Of a stretch of DNA of 64,000 bases, positions 45,948-55,738 are shown piece after piece. Origin of the DNA: Deltaproteobacteria bacterium. GTDB lineage: Bacteria; Desulfobacterota; Syntrophobacteria; BM002. Numbering within the stretch: the first letter of the stretch is position 1; every line of letters starts with the position of its first letter. Under the pieces are notes generated by a model. That model did not search any database, was not told the DNA's origin, and saw only the letters and a program-made list of their open reading frames with translations. A program made the position numbers and the translations under genes. The stretch covers positions 309 to 64,308 of the forward strand of contig JAFDGZ010000008.1 in the NCBI GenBank assembly GCA_019309045.1, read 5' to 3'.

Positions 45948-46359
45948 AGATGCAGTTCGCGTAACCTACATACTCTGCAAGCGATACCTGTTGCCAGGTC
46001 CAATTAAGGCGCTCAGCGTAAGGCAACTTGTGATGAAGGGCAGGTGCACAGGCATCGCTGTGAGGGCGCACTCTTCGGCTGCTCGGGGCACAGACCGGAA
46101 ATTTGCAACTCCTTTTATTCCCCGCTGATAGCCCTGCTTGCTCTCTGCTCTGCTGTAAGTCGACGTGCACTGTGGGGAGCGGCACTGCCAGCTCGGTGTG
46201 GCCAGTTCTTCTTGAAATTGCCATGGCAGACCGCAAGGCAGCGCTCTCTTTATGCGTCTCCTACTTTGACCACTGCCAATTGTGCCACTGGTTTAGTTTG
46301 CGTCAGCACTGCCGTGTTATCAGGCGAGGGGCACCTGCTGCAAAGGAAAGGAGAAAATC

Positions 46360-46647
46360 ATGACAAAGACGCACACCAGATTGTTTTCCCTGGTCCTGGT
46401 CATTTGCTTCTGTACCGTGCTGTGGAGCGGCACAATCTGCGCCCAGGAGCAGGAGAAGATCAACATCAACACTGCTACCGTGGAACAGCTATCTACATTG
46501 AAACGCATTGGACCTTCATATGCCCAGAGAATTGTCGAATACAGGGCCGCCCATGGTCCATTTCAAAAGCCGGAAGACATAATGCAGGTCAAAGGGATCG
46601 GCATGAGGACCTATGAGGAAAATAAAGAACTCATAACTTGCGAATAG
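46360..46647 (+). CDS. comEA: ComEA-family helix-hairpin-helix DNA-binding protein
   Basis: Signal peptide plus NINTATVEQLSTLKRIGPSYAQRIVEYR...GPFQKPEDIMQVKGIG (tandem HhH). 95 aa. RBS GGAAAGGAG precedes the ATG. Confidence 0.8.
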   Translation: MTKTHTRLFSLVLVICFCTVLWSGTICAQEQEKININTATVEQLSTLKRIGPSYAQRIVEYRAAHGPFQKPEDIMQVKGIGMRTYEENKELITCE

Positions 46648-46937
46648 ATCAGGAAGATTTTCAACACAGCTGTCCCTCGCCCTTTTCACTTACTTTGTTG
46701 AGATATAGATCTCTACCCCAGATTCTGAAACTGCAGAGTGCTGCTAGTTTTTCATGGCAGACAAGCGAGCAGTTGCTGTGAGGGCCAAAGGAATTCCTTG
46801 TTAAAAGAGCTTGACAACCTTCCAGCAGTAACTATTCTGAACCGAAATCAAAAATGAGGCTTGAAGCGGCAGAGGCACACCGGTGCAAAGACCTGCCAGA
46901 GGGATTTCCAGCTTATATCTGGAGGACAGTTTATTCG

Positions 46938-48191
46938 ATGAAGTCATTCCAAGTACCATTTATCGATTTCAAGGCACAGTACCGCCAGATCAAGAGAGAG
47001 CTCGAACAAGCTTTCCAGGAGGTCATGGATTCTCAACTGTTCATCCTCGGTCCGCAGGTTGCCCGGCTGGAGAGGGCCCTGGCCAAATACTGCGGCTGTC
47101 AATACGCGGTCGGCGTGTCCTCGGGCACAGATGCCCTGCTTATTTCCCTGATGACCGCTGGCATTGGCCTCGGCCATGGCGTGATCACTACACCATACAC
47201 CTTTGTGGCAACCGCCGGGGCAATCGCCCGTGTGGGGGCAAGACCGCTTTTTGTGGACATTGATCCGGTGAGCTACACCATTGATTCCGGGGCGGTGCAG
47301 AGGTTCTTCGACCAGGAGTGCCGCTGGCATTCTGCGGAAGGTCGCTTGCAGCACAAGCGGACAGCTACGTGGGTCCGAGGCATCATTCCTGTACACCTTT
47401 ACGGACAATGTGCCGACATGGAACCACTTCTGATTCTCGCCGGAGAGTATAACCTGGTTGTTATCGAAGACGCTGCGCAAGCAATCGGCGCCGGGTATCC
47501 GTTCGAGGAAAAATCTGGCTGGGCACGGTGCGGCTCACTGGGCGAATTTGGCTGCTTTTCCTTCTTCCCCACCAAAAATCTCGGAGGGGCTGGCGACAGC
47601 GGCCTGGTGACGACCAGTAATAGAAAGACAGCGGAGACTCTCGGGATACTGAGAGTGCACGGCGCCCAGGGAAAAAATTACCATGTGAAACTGGGCGGCA
47701 ACTTCCGCCTGGACACCTTACAGGCCGCTATACTGCTGGCCAAGCTTGGCCATCTCGATGAATGGACAGTTAAGAGAAGAGCTCATGCAAAATACTACGA
47801 GACCCTGTTCTTGCAAGCCGGCCTTCAGGATAAAGAGCGGCTTACTCTGCCTAGGGCGGTCTGGGAAGAAGGCCTTCAGAATATGGCTGAAACAGGCAAG
47901 GAGGAACCGGGCCCACCCTATTATGGACACGTGTACAACCAGTACGTCATACGGGCTCATCAACGGGACGAGCTCAGAAGATATCTGGCTGAACAGGGTG
48001 TAGGTACCGCAGTGTATTATCCTCTGCCCCTCCACCTGCAGCCTTGTTTTTCTGAACTTGGCTATGATGAGGGTGATTTTCCGGAGAGCGAGAAGGCAGC
48101 AAGGGAAACTCTTGCACTCCCTGTGTATCCGGAGCTCGAAAAAGCACAACTGGACTACGTGGCGGACAGGATCGCAGCTTTCTACGAATAA
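46938..48191 (+). CDS. DegT/DnrJ/EryC1/StrS-family PLP-dependent aminotransferase (sugar aminotransferase)
   Basis: N-terminal FIDFKAQY...ELEQAFQEVMDS...LGPQV pattern and the PLP lysine region (FSFFPTKNLGGAGDSG). ATG at 46938 is preceded by GGAGGA. Confidence 0.85.
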   Translation: MKSFQVPFIDFKAQYRQIKRELEQAFQEVMDSQLFILGPQVARLERALAKYCGCQYAVGVSSGTDALLISLMTAGIGLGHGVITTPYTFVATAGAIARVGARPLFVDIDPVSYTIDSGAVQRFFDQECRWHSAEGRLQHKRTATWVRGIIPVHLYGQCADMEPLLILAGEYNLVVIEDAAQAIGAGYPFEEKSGWARCGSLGEFGCFSFFPTKNLGGAGDSGLVTTSNRKTAETLGILRVHGAQGKNYHVKLGGNFRLDTLQAAILLAKLGHLDEWTVKRRAHAKYYETLFLQAGLQDKERLTLPRAVWEEGLQNMAETGKEEPGPPYYGHVYNQYVIRAHQRDELRRYLAEQGVGTAVYYPLPLHLQPCFSELGYDEGDFPESEKAARETLALPVYPELEKAQLDYVADRIAAFYE

Positions 48192-48230
48192 AAGGGGCGT
48201 CCCCATCACCATGCTGGACGCCCCTTTTCT
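48190..48230. terminator. bidirectional intrinsic terminator
   Basis: Seen in sequence: AAAA-GGGGCGTCC-loop-GGACGCCCC-TTTTCT. It lies immediately after the DegT stop, downstream of the two minus-strand tRNA-Ser genes. Confidence 0.55.
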
Positions 48231-48236
48231 ATCCTG

Positions 48237-48330
48237 TGGCGGAGAGAGTGGGATTCGAACCCACGGTACAGCTTTCAACTGTACACTCGCTTAGCAGGCG
48301 AGCGCCTTCAGCCGACTCGGCCATCTCTCC
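48237..48330 (-). tRNA. tRNA-Ser (anticodon GCT)
   Basis: Reverse complement folds as a class II tRNA. Acceptor GGAGAGA/TCTCTCC, anticodon arm CTCGC-CTGCTAA-GCGAG, long variable arm, T-arm GTGGG-TTCGAAT-CCCAC, CCA encoded. Confidence 0.85.
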
Positions 48331-48353
48331 GGAAACTCTTATGTGACAGTGGC

Positions 48354-48446
48354 TGGCGGAGGGAGTAGGATTCGAACCCACGGTCCCGCTCATCACGGGA
48401 CAACGGTTTTCAAGACCGCCGCCTTAAACCACTCGGCCATCCCTCC
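48354..48446 (-). tRNA. tRNA-Ser (anticodon TGA)
   Basis: Reverse complement: acceptor GGAGGGA/TCCCTCC, anticodon arm GCGGT-CTTGAAA-ACCGT, long variable arm GTCCCG..CGGGAC, T-loop TTCGAAT, CCA encoded. Confidence 0.85.
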
Positions 48447-48597
48447 GGATGTTTCTTGCTATCATTTTCCCGGGAAAAAGTCAACTATTGCGCCTGATGC
48501 CTCCAGGAGAGATTCTGTTGATATACCAGTAAATTGTCAGTGCCTGGCAGCCAACAGCTGCCCGCAACAGTCCACTCGAGCAAACCTCCTTGGAGAT

Positions 48598-49560
48598 CTA
48601 TTCCTCCCACATATCAATTACTATCGTATAGGAAGTACAGCTGAAAGCGCCCGCCCACGGTTCCACAGCCACCCGGAAGTAGCGTGAATCATCCATGCCA
48701 CACATGCCGTCCCAGGTATAGATAATGACTTCTTCGTCGCATGCTGCCCCTTGCGAGGATTCTAAACTGCTGCACTGCTCGTCATACAGGTGGAGATCAT
48801 AGTCTCTGCAGTCAGCGCCCTGGGGGGGAGTCAAGCGAATTCGCACAGTTAAATCCTGGTCCATAAACGGTATGCAACCACTAGTCCCTTCTTCAGCTTC
48901 AAACCTGAAATAGTCCACGTCATCTTGCGGATAGATAGTCGCGGTCAAGGTGACCTCTCCATCCACCTCACGAATAGTTCCCAGATATGTAGTGTTTGCG
49001 CAAGTGTCATTGTATGAGGGGTCTAAGCATTGGGAACAGTCGGAGTCCTGTTCATCTTGCTTGCCGTCGCAGTCATTGTCGATGCCATCGTCACAGTCCT
49101 CAGAAGCCCCCGGATTGACGGCCGCCTCACTGTCGTTGCAGTCTCCATCCTGGGTAGACGTATAACCGCCCGAGGGGGCGCACAGACATCTGCCGCTGCC
49201 AGAAGTTCCATATCCGTCGTTGTCATTGTCCAGATAATACGTTGTGCAGCCAGTCGCACCCTCCTCGTCGATTTCTGCATCACAGTCATTGTCTTTGTCG
49301 TCGCAGCGCTCCTGGGCGCCAGGATAGACCTCCGGGTCACCGTCGTCACAGTCAACAGCAGCTTGGCCGCAGTTGTCCTGCTCGAAATAACCATCCTTGT
49401 CGGCATCGACACAAACCTGATCATCAGAATCCAGCAGTAGAGGAAAGATGATTTCAATCAGCGACGCCCCCCTGGCTTGAGAGAGTGTTTCCGGCATACC
49501 CACAAGAGACAAGCCAGACAACAAAAGGAAACCGACAATTACTGTTCTTCGCGTATACAC
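48598..49560 (-). CDS. secreted protein with tandem MopE-type putative metal-binding repeats (DCDD...PGA.E.CDG.DNDCDG)
   Basis: GTG start at 49560 with AGGAGG 5 nt upstream. Signal peptide VYTRRTVIVGFLLLSGLSLV. At least four Asp/Cys-rich repeats of the type described for Myxococcus/Methylococcus MopE. Confidence 0.65.
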   Translation of the reverse strand: MYTRRTVIVGFLLLSGLSLVGMPETLSQARGASLIEIIFPLLLDSDDQVCVDADKDGYFEQDNCGQAAVDCDDGDPEVYPGAQERCDDKDNDCDAEIDEEGATGCTTYYLDNDNDGYGTSGSGRCLCAPSGGYTSTQDGDCNDSEAAVNPGASEDCDDGIDNDCDGKQDEQDSDCSQCLDPSYNDTCANTTYLGTIREVDGEVTLTATIYPQDDVDYFRFEAEEGTSGCIPFMDQDLTVRIRLTPPQGADCRDYDLHLYDEQCSSLESSQGAACDEEVIIYTWDGMCGMDDSRYFRVAVEPWAGAFSCTSYTIVIDMWEE

Positions 49561-49764
49561 CCCAACCTCCTTTCCGACGCCGCATATCGAAATAAGACAT
49601 TTTATCCCTTGGTAGTTTTGCACCGCTTCACTGAGATGCTCAGACAAAGCAAATTTTGGGCCATCTCACCGGAGTGACAGGCATTATTTTAACTATTCCC
49701 GTTCTATCGAATTTATGCTACTAGAGAAAAATATTTGCAAAAGTCTGCGTATCGGGGGACTGCA

Positions 49765-50268
49765 ATGAACGACTTGATCGAGGTCATCAAGAGGCGTCGG
49801 AGCATCCGAAGATTTTCCTCTGAGCCGATCCCTGTAGAGATAATCAGTGACATATTGGACTGCGCCCGGTTGGCGCCCACGGCGATCAACATTCAACCCT
49901 GGCTCTTCGGGGCAGTCACCGACCCGGAGCTCAAACAACAGATTGCCCAGCTGGCTGACTATGGCAAGTTCATCAAGGATTGCGCCGTGTGCTTTGCAGT
50001 ATTTGCTGATTCTACCCAGAAATATTTCCTGGAGGACGGCTCTGCTGCCACGGAAAACATCCTGCTGGCCTGCACTGCTCACGGCATAGGCAGCTGCTGG
50101 GTGGCAGGACACAAAAAAGAGTACGCCGAAGCCGTCCGCAAGCTTCTCAATGTTCCGCAACCTTACACCCTGATCGCCCTGGTAGCGGCGGGTTATTCAG
50201 ATGAAAGACCCGCACCCAGAAAGAAAGCTCTTGATGAAGTGACCTTTTTCAACAGGTTTCAAGGATAA
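49765..50268 (+). CDS. nitroreductase family protein
   Basis: RRSIRRF motif near the N-terminus and overall nitroreductase-fold pattern (SCWVAGH...). Confidence 0.8.
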   Translation: MNDLIEVIKRRRSIRRFSSEPIPVEIISDILDCARLAPTAINIQPWLFGAVTDPELKQQIAQLADYGKFIKDCAVCFAVFADSTQKYFLEDGSAATENILLACTAHGIGSCWVAGHKKEYAEAVRKLLNVPQPYTLIALVAAGYSDERPAPRKKALDEVTFFNRFQG

Positions 50269-50381
50269 TGAATGGCCAGCCTCCAGGAGTGGCTCCCAGG
50301 TTGGCTAGAACCAGGCAACTACAGCCAGGCCATTGCACGGCACAACAGCAAAATTTGCCAGCGTGATATCCGGGGGTGCTT

Positions 50382-50960
50382 GTGAAGGTACTGTCTCTCT
50401 TTGGCGGTCCGCGGCAGAAAGGTAACACAGCCACGGTTCTCAGTTGGGTGGAGGAGGCCTTGCAGACTCGGGGACACAGGGTCCAACGGATCAATGTCAT
50501 TGACAAGAAAGTGGCAGGCTGTCTCGGCTGCAGCAACTGTCAGCAAGTCGCAGATGAACCCGGCTGTGTGCAAAGAGATGACGCCTTGTTCATCTTTGAA
50601 CAGATGGTTGCCTCCGATCTTATCCTCTATTCCTGCCCTCTCTACTGCTGGAGTTTTCCTGGCCAGCTAAAAGTCCTCCTCGACCGCCACTTCTGTCTGG
50701 TAACGGGCTATGACGTGGGAGAACCAGAATCCCTGATCCAGGAGCACCGCACTGCACTCCTGGTGACCTGCGCCGGTCCACTGGAAAACAATGCGGATCT
50801 CATCGTCGAGATGTTCCACCGCTTTGCAGCCTATCTTCTGGCCAGACCCGTGGGCGAACTGATTGTGCCCTTTTGCACCTCGCCCGAGGCCCTGGGTGAA
50901 GAGAGCCGTGCACAGGTCTCCGCCTTCGCTGCCAAGATCTGCAGCACAGAGGCCCTCTGA
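50382..50960 (+). CDS. flavodoxin-like / NADPH-dependent FMN reductase family protein with a CxxC-x2-C cluster (Isf-like)
   Basis: MKVLSLFGGPRQKGNT FMN-binding loop, compact Cys cluster GCLGCSNCQ. GTG start at 50382 after a GGGGG run. The start is uncertain (alternative GTG at 50376). Confidence 0.65.
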   Translation: MKVLSLFGGPRQKGNTATVLSWVEEALQTRGHRVQRINVIDKKVAGCLGCSNCQQVADEPGCVQRDDALFIFEQMVASDLILYSCPLYCWSFPGQLKVLLDRHFCLVTGYDVGEPESLIQEHRTALLVTCAGPLENNADLIVEMFHRFAAYLLARPVGELIVPFCTSPEALGEESRAQVSAFAAKICSTEAL

Positions 50961-50984
50961 AGCTGGCTGCTGCGCAGGCCTGCA

Positions 50985-52979
50985 CTAGTCAGCGGTTTCT
51001 CTTTGTTTTTGCTCCCAGAAAAATTCCTCCAGGGCCTCCAGTTCGAGAGCCGTTTTCTCCCACTGTTCATTCCATTTCTCCAGGTTGCCTTTCAAGTGCT
51101 GATATTCCCGGCTCAGTTCCTGCACACTGCCACCGTTGTGGTATGTCTCCGGCGCGGCCAGCAGAGTGCTCAATTCTTCCAGCCGCAAGGCCGCAGCATC
51201 GATCTGCTTCTCGATATCATCCAGCTTCTGGGTCAGAGGCGCCTTCAAACGGTAGAGTTCATTGCGCCAGTTGGCTTCCAGCTGTTTTCTCTTTTTGCTT
51301 TTCTTCTGAGCGCTGGCATCCTGGACTCTCGTGGGGCGAGACTCCATAGCACTTTGAGCAGGCTGAAGACGCTTCTTCCATATCTCTTCATAGTCATCGA
51401 AGTTGCCGGGAAAAGTCTCAACCCTGCCGTGGTTGACCACCATGATTTTATTGGCTACAGCATTGATGAAGCGGCGGTCGTGGCTCACGAAGCAGATGCT
51501 GCCAGAATACCCCTGGAGCGCCTGTTCAAGAACGCGTCGGCCATTGATGTCGAGATGGTTGGTGGGTTCGTCGAGAATGAGCAGATTCGTCTGCTGCGCC
51601 AGGAGGTGACACAACAGGAGGCGGCTCCTTTCGCCGCCGCTCAACACAGCCACCCGTTTTTCCACATCGTGGCCGCGGAAGAGAAAGGCTCCCAGCAGGC
51701 TGCGCAACTGGCCGTGTGCCATATCACCGGCTACAGAGCTCAATGATTCCAGAACAGTATGCTGCGGATTGAGCAGCTCCAGCTGCTGCTGGGCAAAATA
51801 GCCAATGACCACACCACGAGAGAGGTGCACCTGGCCACTCTCTGGAGCCAGAACTCCCGCCATCAGCCTGAGCAGAGTAGTCTTGCCGGCGCCGTTCGGG
51901 CCGATGAGGGCAAAGCGGTCCCCCCGCTGCACAGCAACATTGAGATGGCGATACACCACCACCTCGCCATAGCTCTTGCAAATATCCCGCAGTTCCAACA
52001 GGACGCGCGGTGCCCGCGGTGGCGGAGGAAAACGAAAACTGAACTCCAGGGGAGACGAAGGCGGTTGAATCCTTTCCATTTTATCAAGCGTCTTCAGGCG
52101 CGCCTGCACCTGCCGGGCTCTATCTTTGCGAGCCCGGTTGCGATCGATGAATCTGTTGATCTGACGAATCTGCTCCTGCTGCTGGCGATAGGCGGCCCAT
52201 TGCGCCTGCAGGTGTTTCTCTTTTTCCTCCAGATAGCGCTGGTAATTGCCCGGATAACTTGTTACCTGGCCATTTTCCACCTCAAGGAGCCGCTGACTGA
52301 TGCGGTCCAGGAAGGCCCGATCGTGAGATATTACCATGAGCGTCGAGGGGATGGTGCGCAGATACTCCTCCAGCCAGAGAAGGGAGTCGAGATCCAGATG
52401 ATTGGTTGGTTCATCCAGCAGCAGCACATCAGGTTCTGAAAGCAGGAGTCTGGCCAGGGCTACCCGCATGGCCCAGCCGCCGCTCATCTCCTCCACCGGC
52501 CGAGTCATATCCTGCTGTGAAAAGCCGAGGCCTGCCAGCACTCGCCGTGCTGTCGACTCGAGCTGGTAGCCGCCTAGGAGATGGTATTCTTCCAGCAGGC
52601 GGCTCTGTCTGGCGGCAGCAGCCATGGACTCCTGCTCAGAAAGCGGCCCGGCGAGCTTAACGGCCAGTTGAGCAAGCTCCTTTTCTATGGCCAGAACATC
52701 GCCGGCCACGTCCATAACCTGCTCGAGCACCGTCTTGCCGGTGAACTGGAGGACATCCTGGGGAAGATACCCGAAGCGCAGGTTCTTGGGCACTGAAATC
52801 TGCCCCTGGTCAGGGTGATCAAGGCCGAGGAGAAGCCTGAAAATGGTGCTCTTGCCGGAACCGTTAACTCCAATGATGCCCAGGCGTTCGCCCTGACTCA
52901 AGTGAAAAGAACAGTCCAGCAGTACATCGTGCTTGCCATAGGACTTTCTTACATTGCGGAATGAGATCATCTTGTTCAA
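50985..52979 (-). CDS. ABC-F family ATPase (tandem ABC domains plus a C-terminal coiled-coil; Uup/YheS-like)
   Basis: Two Walker A sites (GVNGSGKST, GPNGAGKTT), two ABC signatures (MSGGWAMR, LSGGERSR). No TM domains. 664 aa. Confidence 0.9.
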   Translation of the reverse strand: MNKMISFRNVRKSYGKHDVLLDCSFHLSQGERLGIIGVNGSGKSTIFRLLLGLDHPDQGQISVPKNLRFGYLPQDVLQFTGKTVLEQVMDVAGDVLAIEKELAQLAVKLAGPLSEQESMAAAARQSRLLEEYHLLGGYQLESTARRVLAGLGFSQQDMTRPVEEMSGGWAMRVALARLLLSEPDVLLLDEPTNHLDLDSLLWLEEYLRTIPSTLMVISHDRAFLDRISQRLLEVENGQVTSYPGNYQRYLEEKEKHLQAQWAAYRQQQEQIRQINRFIDRNRARKDRARQVQARLKTLDKMERIQPPSSPLEFSFRFPPPPRAPRVLLELRDICKSYGEVVVYRHLNVAVQRGDRFALIGPNGAGKTTLLRLMAGVLAPESGQVHLSRGVVIGYFAQQQLELLNPQHTVLESLSSVAGDMAHGQLRSLLGAFLFRGHDVEKRVAVLSGGERSRLLLCHLLAQQTNLLILDEPTNHLDINGRRVLEQALQGYSGSICFVSHDRRFINAVANKIMVVNHGRVETFPGNFDDYEEIWKKRLQPAQSAMESRPTRVQDASAQKKSKKRKQLEANWRNELYRLKAPLTQKLDDIEKQIDAAALRLEELSTLLAAPETYHNGGSVQELSREYQHLKGNLEKWNEQWEKTALELEALEEFFWEQKQRETAD

Positions 52980-53024
52980 GCTGGCGAGAAAAGGAGCAGC
53001 TTCTCCTCCAGATGCCCATGTTCG

Positions 53025-54227
53025 TTAGGCAGAGCAGGCTGCAGAAGGATCGGCAAAGTATTTTTCCAGAAGCCGCAGGTAGAGCTCCACACCCAGGCCG
53101 AGTACATCCTCGTCCAGATCAAAACGGCAGGTATGGAGCATCTGCCTGATGCCTTTTTCCTCATTGGCACATCCAAGATCAAAGCCAGCGCCAGGAGCAC
53201 AGCTCAGGAAATAGCCGAAGTCCTCACTGCCAAATTTTGGCCTCCGGTAGCGCACCCTTTCTTGTCCCACCATTTCTGCAGCCACCCGGGCTATGAAGCT
53301 GCTCACTTCCTGGTGATTGGTCATGGGAGGATAGCCATCACCCCAGGAGATTTCAGCGCCAAGGGAGTGGGCCTGACACACCCCCTGGACCACCTGTTCG
53401 AGTCTCTGCAGGGCCCATTGGCGAATTTCTGGACTGAGCGCCCGGATGGTGCCGGCAAGGTACATCTCGTCAGGGATTACATTGGTGGCCGTACCTGCCC
53501 GCACTTGCGTCACGCTCAACACCAGCCCTTCACCCGGGTCAGTGTTGCGGCTGACGAGAGTCTGCAGTCCGCTTATGATCTGGGCGCCCGCAGGCACTGG
53601 ATCCAGGCTGAGGTGTGGATATGCTGCATGAGCGCCTTTACCGACAATTCGCACCTCGAAAGAGTCCGCCGAAGCGCATGCCTCCCTCAGGTAGATACCT
53701 ACTGTACCGACAGGCAGCAGGGGCGCCACGTGGGCGGCCACAATGACATCCACCCTTGGGTTTTCCATGGCACCCGCTGAAATCATCTGCCTGGCGCCAT
53801 GGCCGCCTTCCTCACCGGGCTGAAAAATCAATTTTACCTTGCCTTTGAGCCGCTCGCGCAACTCAGCAGACTCCGACAGCAGCCGTGCTACCCCCAGCAC
53901 CATGGCCATGTGGGCATCATGGCCGCAGGCATGCATAACCCCGGGATGGCGCGAGCTGAAGGGAAGCTCATTCTCTTCCTGAATGGGCAGAGCGTCCATA
54001 TCAGCGCGAAGAGCAAAGGTCCGGCCTTCTGGCTGGTTGCCGCGGTACAGCCCCACCACACCTGTACCGCCAACGCCTGTCTTCACCTCGAGCCCAAAAC
54101 CTTCCAGGTACTCTGCCACCTTTGCCGCAGTGCGCTTCTCCTGGAAGCGAAGCTCGGGATACATGTGAAAGTCACGGCGAATGTCTTGCAGCCATTGCTC
54201 TATTTCCTTTACAGCACCACGCAGCAC
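53025..54227 (-). CDS. M20D-family amidohydrolase (hippurate hydrolase/aminoacylase-like)
   Basis: MYPELRFQE, ALRADMDALP and HACGHDAHMAM motifs of the M20/ArgE/DapE/ACY1 family. Confidence 0.85.
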   Translation of the reverse strand: MLRGAVKEIEQWLQDIRRDFHMYPELRFQEKRTAAKVAEYLEGFGLEVKTGVGGTGVVGLYRGNQPEGRTFALRADMDALPIQEENELPFSSRHPGVMHACGHDAHMAMVLGVARLLSESAELRERLKGKVKLIFQPGEEGGHGARQMISAGAMENPRVDVIVAAHVAPLLPVGTVGIYLREACASADSFEVRIVGKGAHAAYPHLSLDPVPAGAQIISGLQTLVSRNTDPGEGLVLSVTQVRAGTATNVIPDEMYLAGTIRALSPEIRQWALQRLEQVVQGVCQAHSLGAEISWGDGYPPMTNHQEVSSFIARVAAEMVGQERVRYRRPKFGSEDFGYFLSCAPGAGFDLGCANEEKGIRQMLHTCRFDLDEDVLGLGVELYLRLLEKYFADPSAACSA

Positions 54228-54298
54228 TGCAGCCCCCTCTCCTGTAAAAGCGTCCAGGACCAGAATCTTCCTCTTTATCTGCCGCCATTTCGCTCTCC

Positions 54299-54703
54299 TC
54301 AGGCCTGTTCCTCGAGAGCGGCCAGCAGTCTGAGTACTGCTGCTCTGCCGGTAGGGTGCTTAGGGAAGTGCTGTCGGCGGTAGTGATCGCATACAGGTTT
54401 TTCCACATACAGGCCCTCCGGCTCTCCAGTCCTGCCCATATCCATGATGCGGCTGCTCTTGTAAGTGCGAAACACCAGATAGTCGTAAATGGAAGCCTCA
54501 AAGGCGAGCCCCTGGATGTCGTCGGCCACGGCGAAAACAGAAGCCGGCAGGATCTCGTCTACCCCCACTTCCTTCTTGCCCAGGGTGATCCGCTCACCAT
54601 CAATGGCGGTGATAGTGCCTTTCTGATAGAAATGGCCCACCTTCCGCCATACCACATCGCCCACCTTGAAATATATCTCTTGTTGAGGTACATCATTTTC
54701 CAT
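54299..54703 (-). CDS. hypothetical protein (134 aa from the internal Met MENDVPQQEIYF)
   Basis: ORF with no recognised motif. The upstream 42-codon extension is probably not translated. Confidence 0.4.
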   Translation of the reverse strand: MENDVPQQEIYFKVGDVVWRKVGHFYQKGTITAIDGERITLGKKEVGVDEILPASVFAVADDIQGLAFEASIYDYLVFRTYKSSRIMDMGRTGEPEGLYVEKPVCDHYRRQHFPKHPTGRAAVLRLLAALEEQA

Positions 54704-55267
54704 GGCCGTGCATCCTTTCCACCCCTGCCTGTGTGGTGAACCTTGTTCGAGCAATCCAGCATTACGGGTGTCAGCCCAACCTCTGGCGCCGTCCCTGAAG
54801 GGGAGGAGCTCTGTTGCTGGAGCAACCATAATATATTGAAATTATAATCTATTTAATTATGTTTGTCCGGCGGCCCCATCAGATTGAAGAAAACTCCAAT
54901 ATGTCTTTCCTGCAAACCGTTCATTTTGTCCGCAACATTCTCTGCCATTCAGCCGCTTTTTATGAACGAGGCACAATGTATAACATAAATCCGCCTGGAG
55001 CAAAACAACCCCTGCCTGTTCCTCTATGAGTGCGGCTCGCTTAGAATAGCTGAAGAGATGTGGCCCGACAAGGTGGGCACCGCCCCTGCAGGGTTGACAA
55101 GTAGCGGGGGCAGCTCTAATTTTCTTATAGATAGCCACAGTTGCCCCGAGCTCCGGCCCTACAAGGAAGCAGTACTGATGACTCCCTCAGGAGAGTTGAC
55201 CATGGGGGCAAGACTCTGGGGCGCAGGGTTACGGCTGGATGCTATAATGATTGCTTGGGGGTGTGCC

Positions 55268-55657
55268 ATGAGCAAATGTGCAGAATGCGGTGCTGCTGTT
55301 GCAGAAGATGAAACATATGAACACCTGGGGAGAATCCTCTGTGAGGATTGCTACCTGGATGCCCTGAATCCACCCAGGGCATGTGATCCCTGGGCAGTTC
55401 ATACTGCCAAGAGCAGCATCCGACAGGGGATGCAGCTCACGCCGACGCAGCAGAGCATCCTCAACATGCTGAAAGAATCAGGGCCCCTTACTGCCGCAGA
55501 GCTGATGCGAAGGCTCCACCTCGGTGAAAACGACTTCAAGACTGCCTTTGCCACTTTGCGTCATATGGAGCTTGCTCGGGCCTTCAAGCAAGGCGAGCAG
55601 ATCTATTACACTGTCTTCGACTCGAAGAGCAGCAAGGCTGGCGCCGATGCTCAATAA
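55268..55657 (+). CDS. small zinc-ribbon plus winged-helix-like protein
   Basis: CAECG...CEDC cysteine pairs at the N-terminus. The C-terminal segment (LTPTQQSILNMLKESGPLTAAELMRRL) resembles a MarR/wHTH helix. The ORF 55058 start is likely an over-extension. Confidence 0.45.
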   Translation: MSKCAECGAAVAEDETYEHLGRILCEDCYLDALNPPRACDPWAVHTAKSSIRQGMQLTPTQQSILNMLKESGPLTAAELMRRLHLGENDFKTAFATLRHMELARAFKQGEQIYYTVFDSKSSKAGADAQ

Positions 55658-55738
55658 AATATGCCTGAGCCTGCCTTGCTGCAAGGTGCCGTTGGCTGTC
55701 CCAGGGCAAGCTCCCTGGCTGCCCAGGGACCAGCCGCT

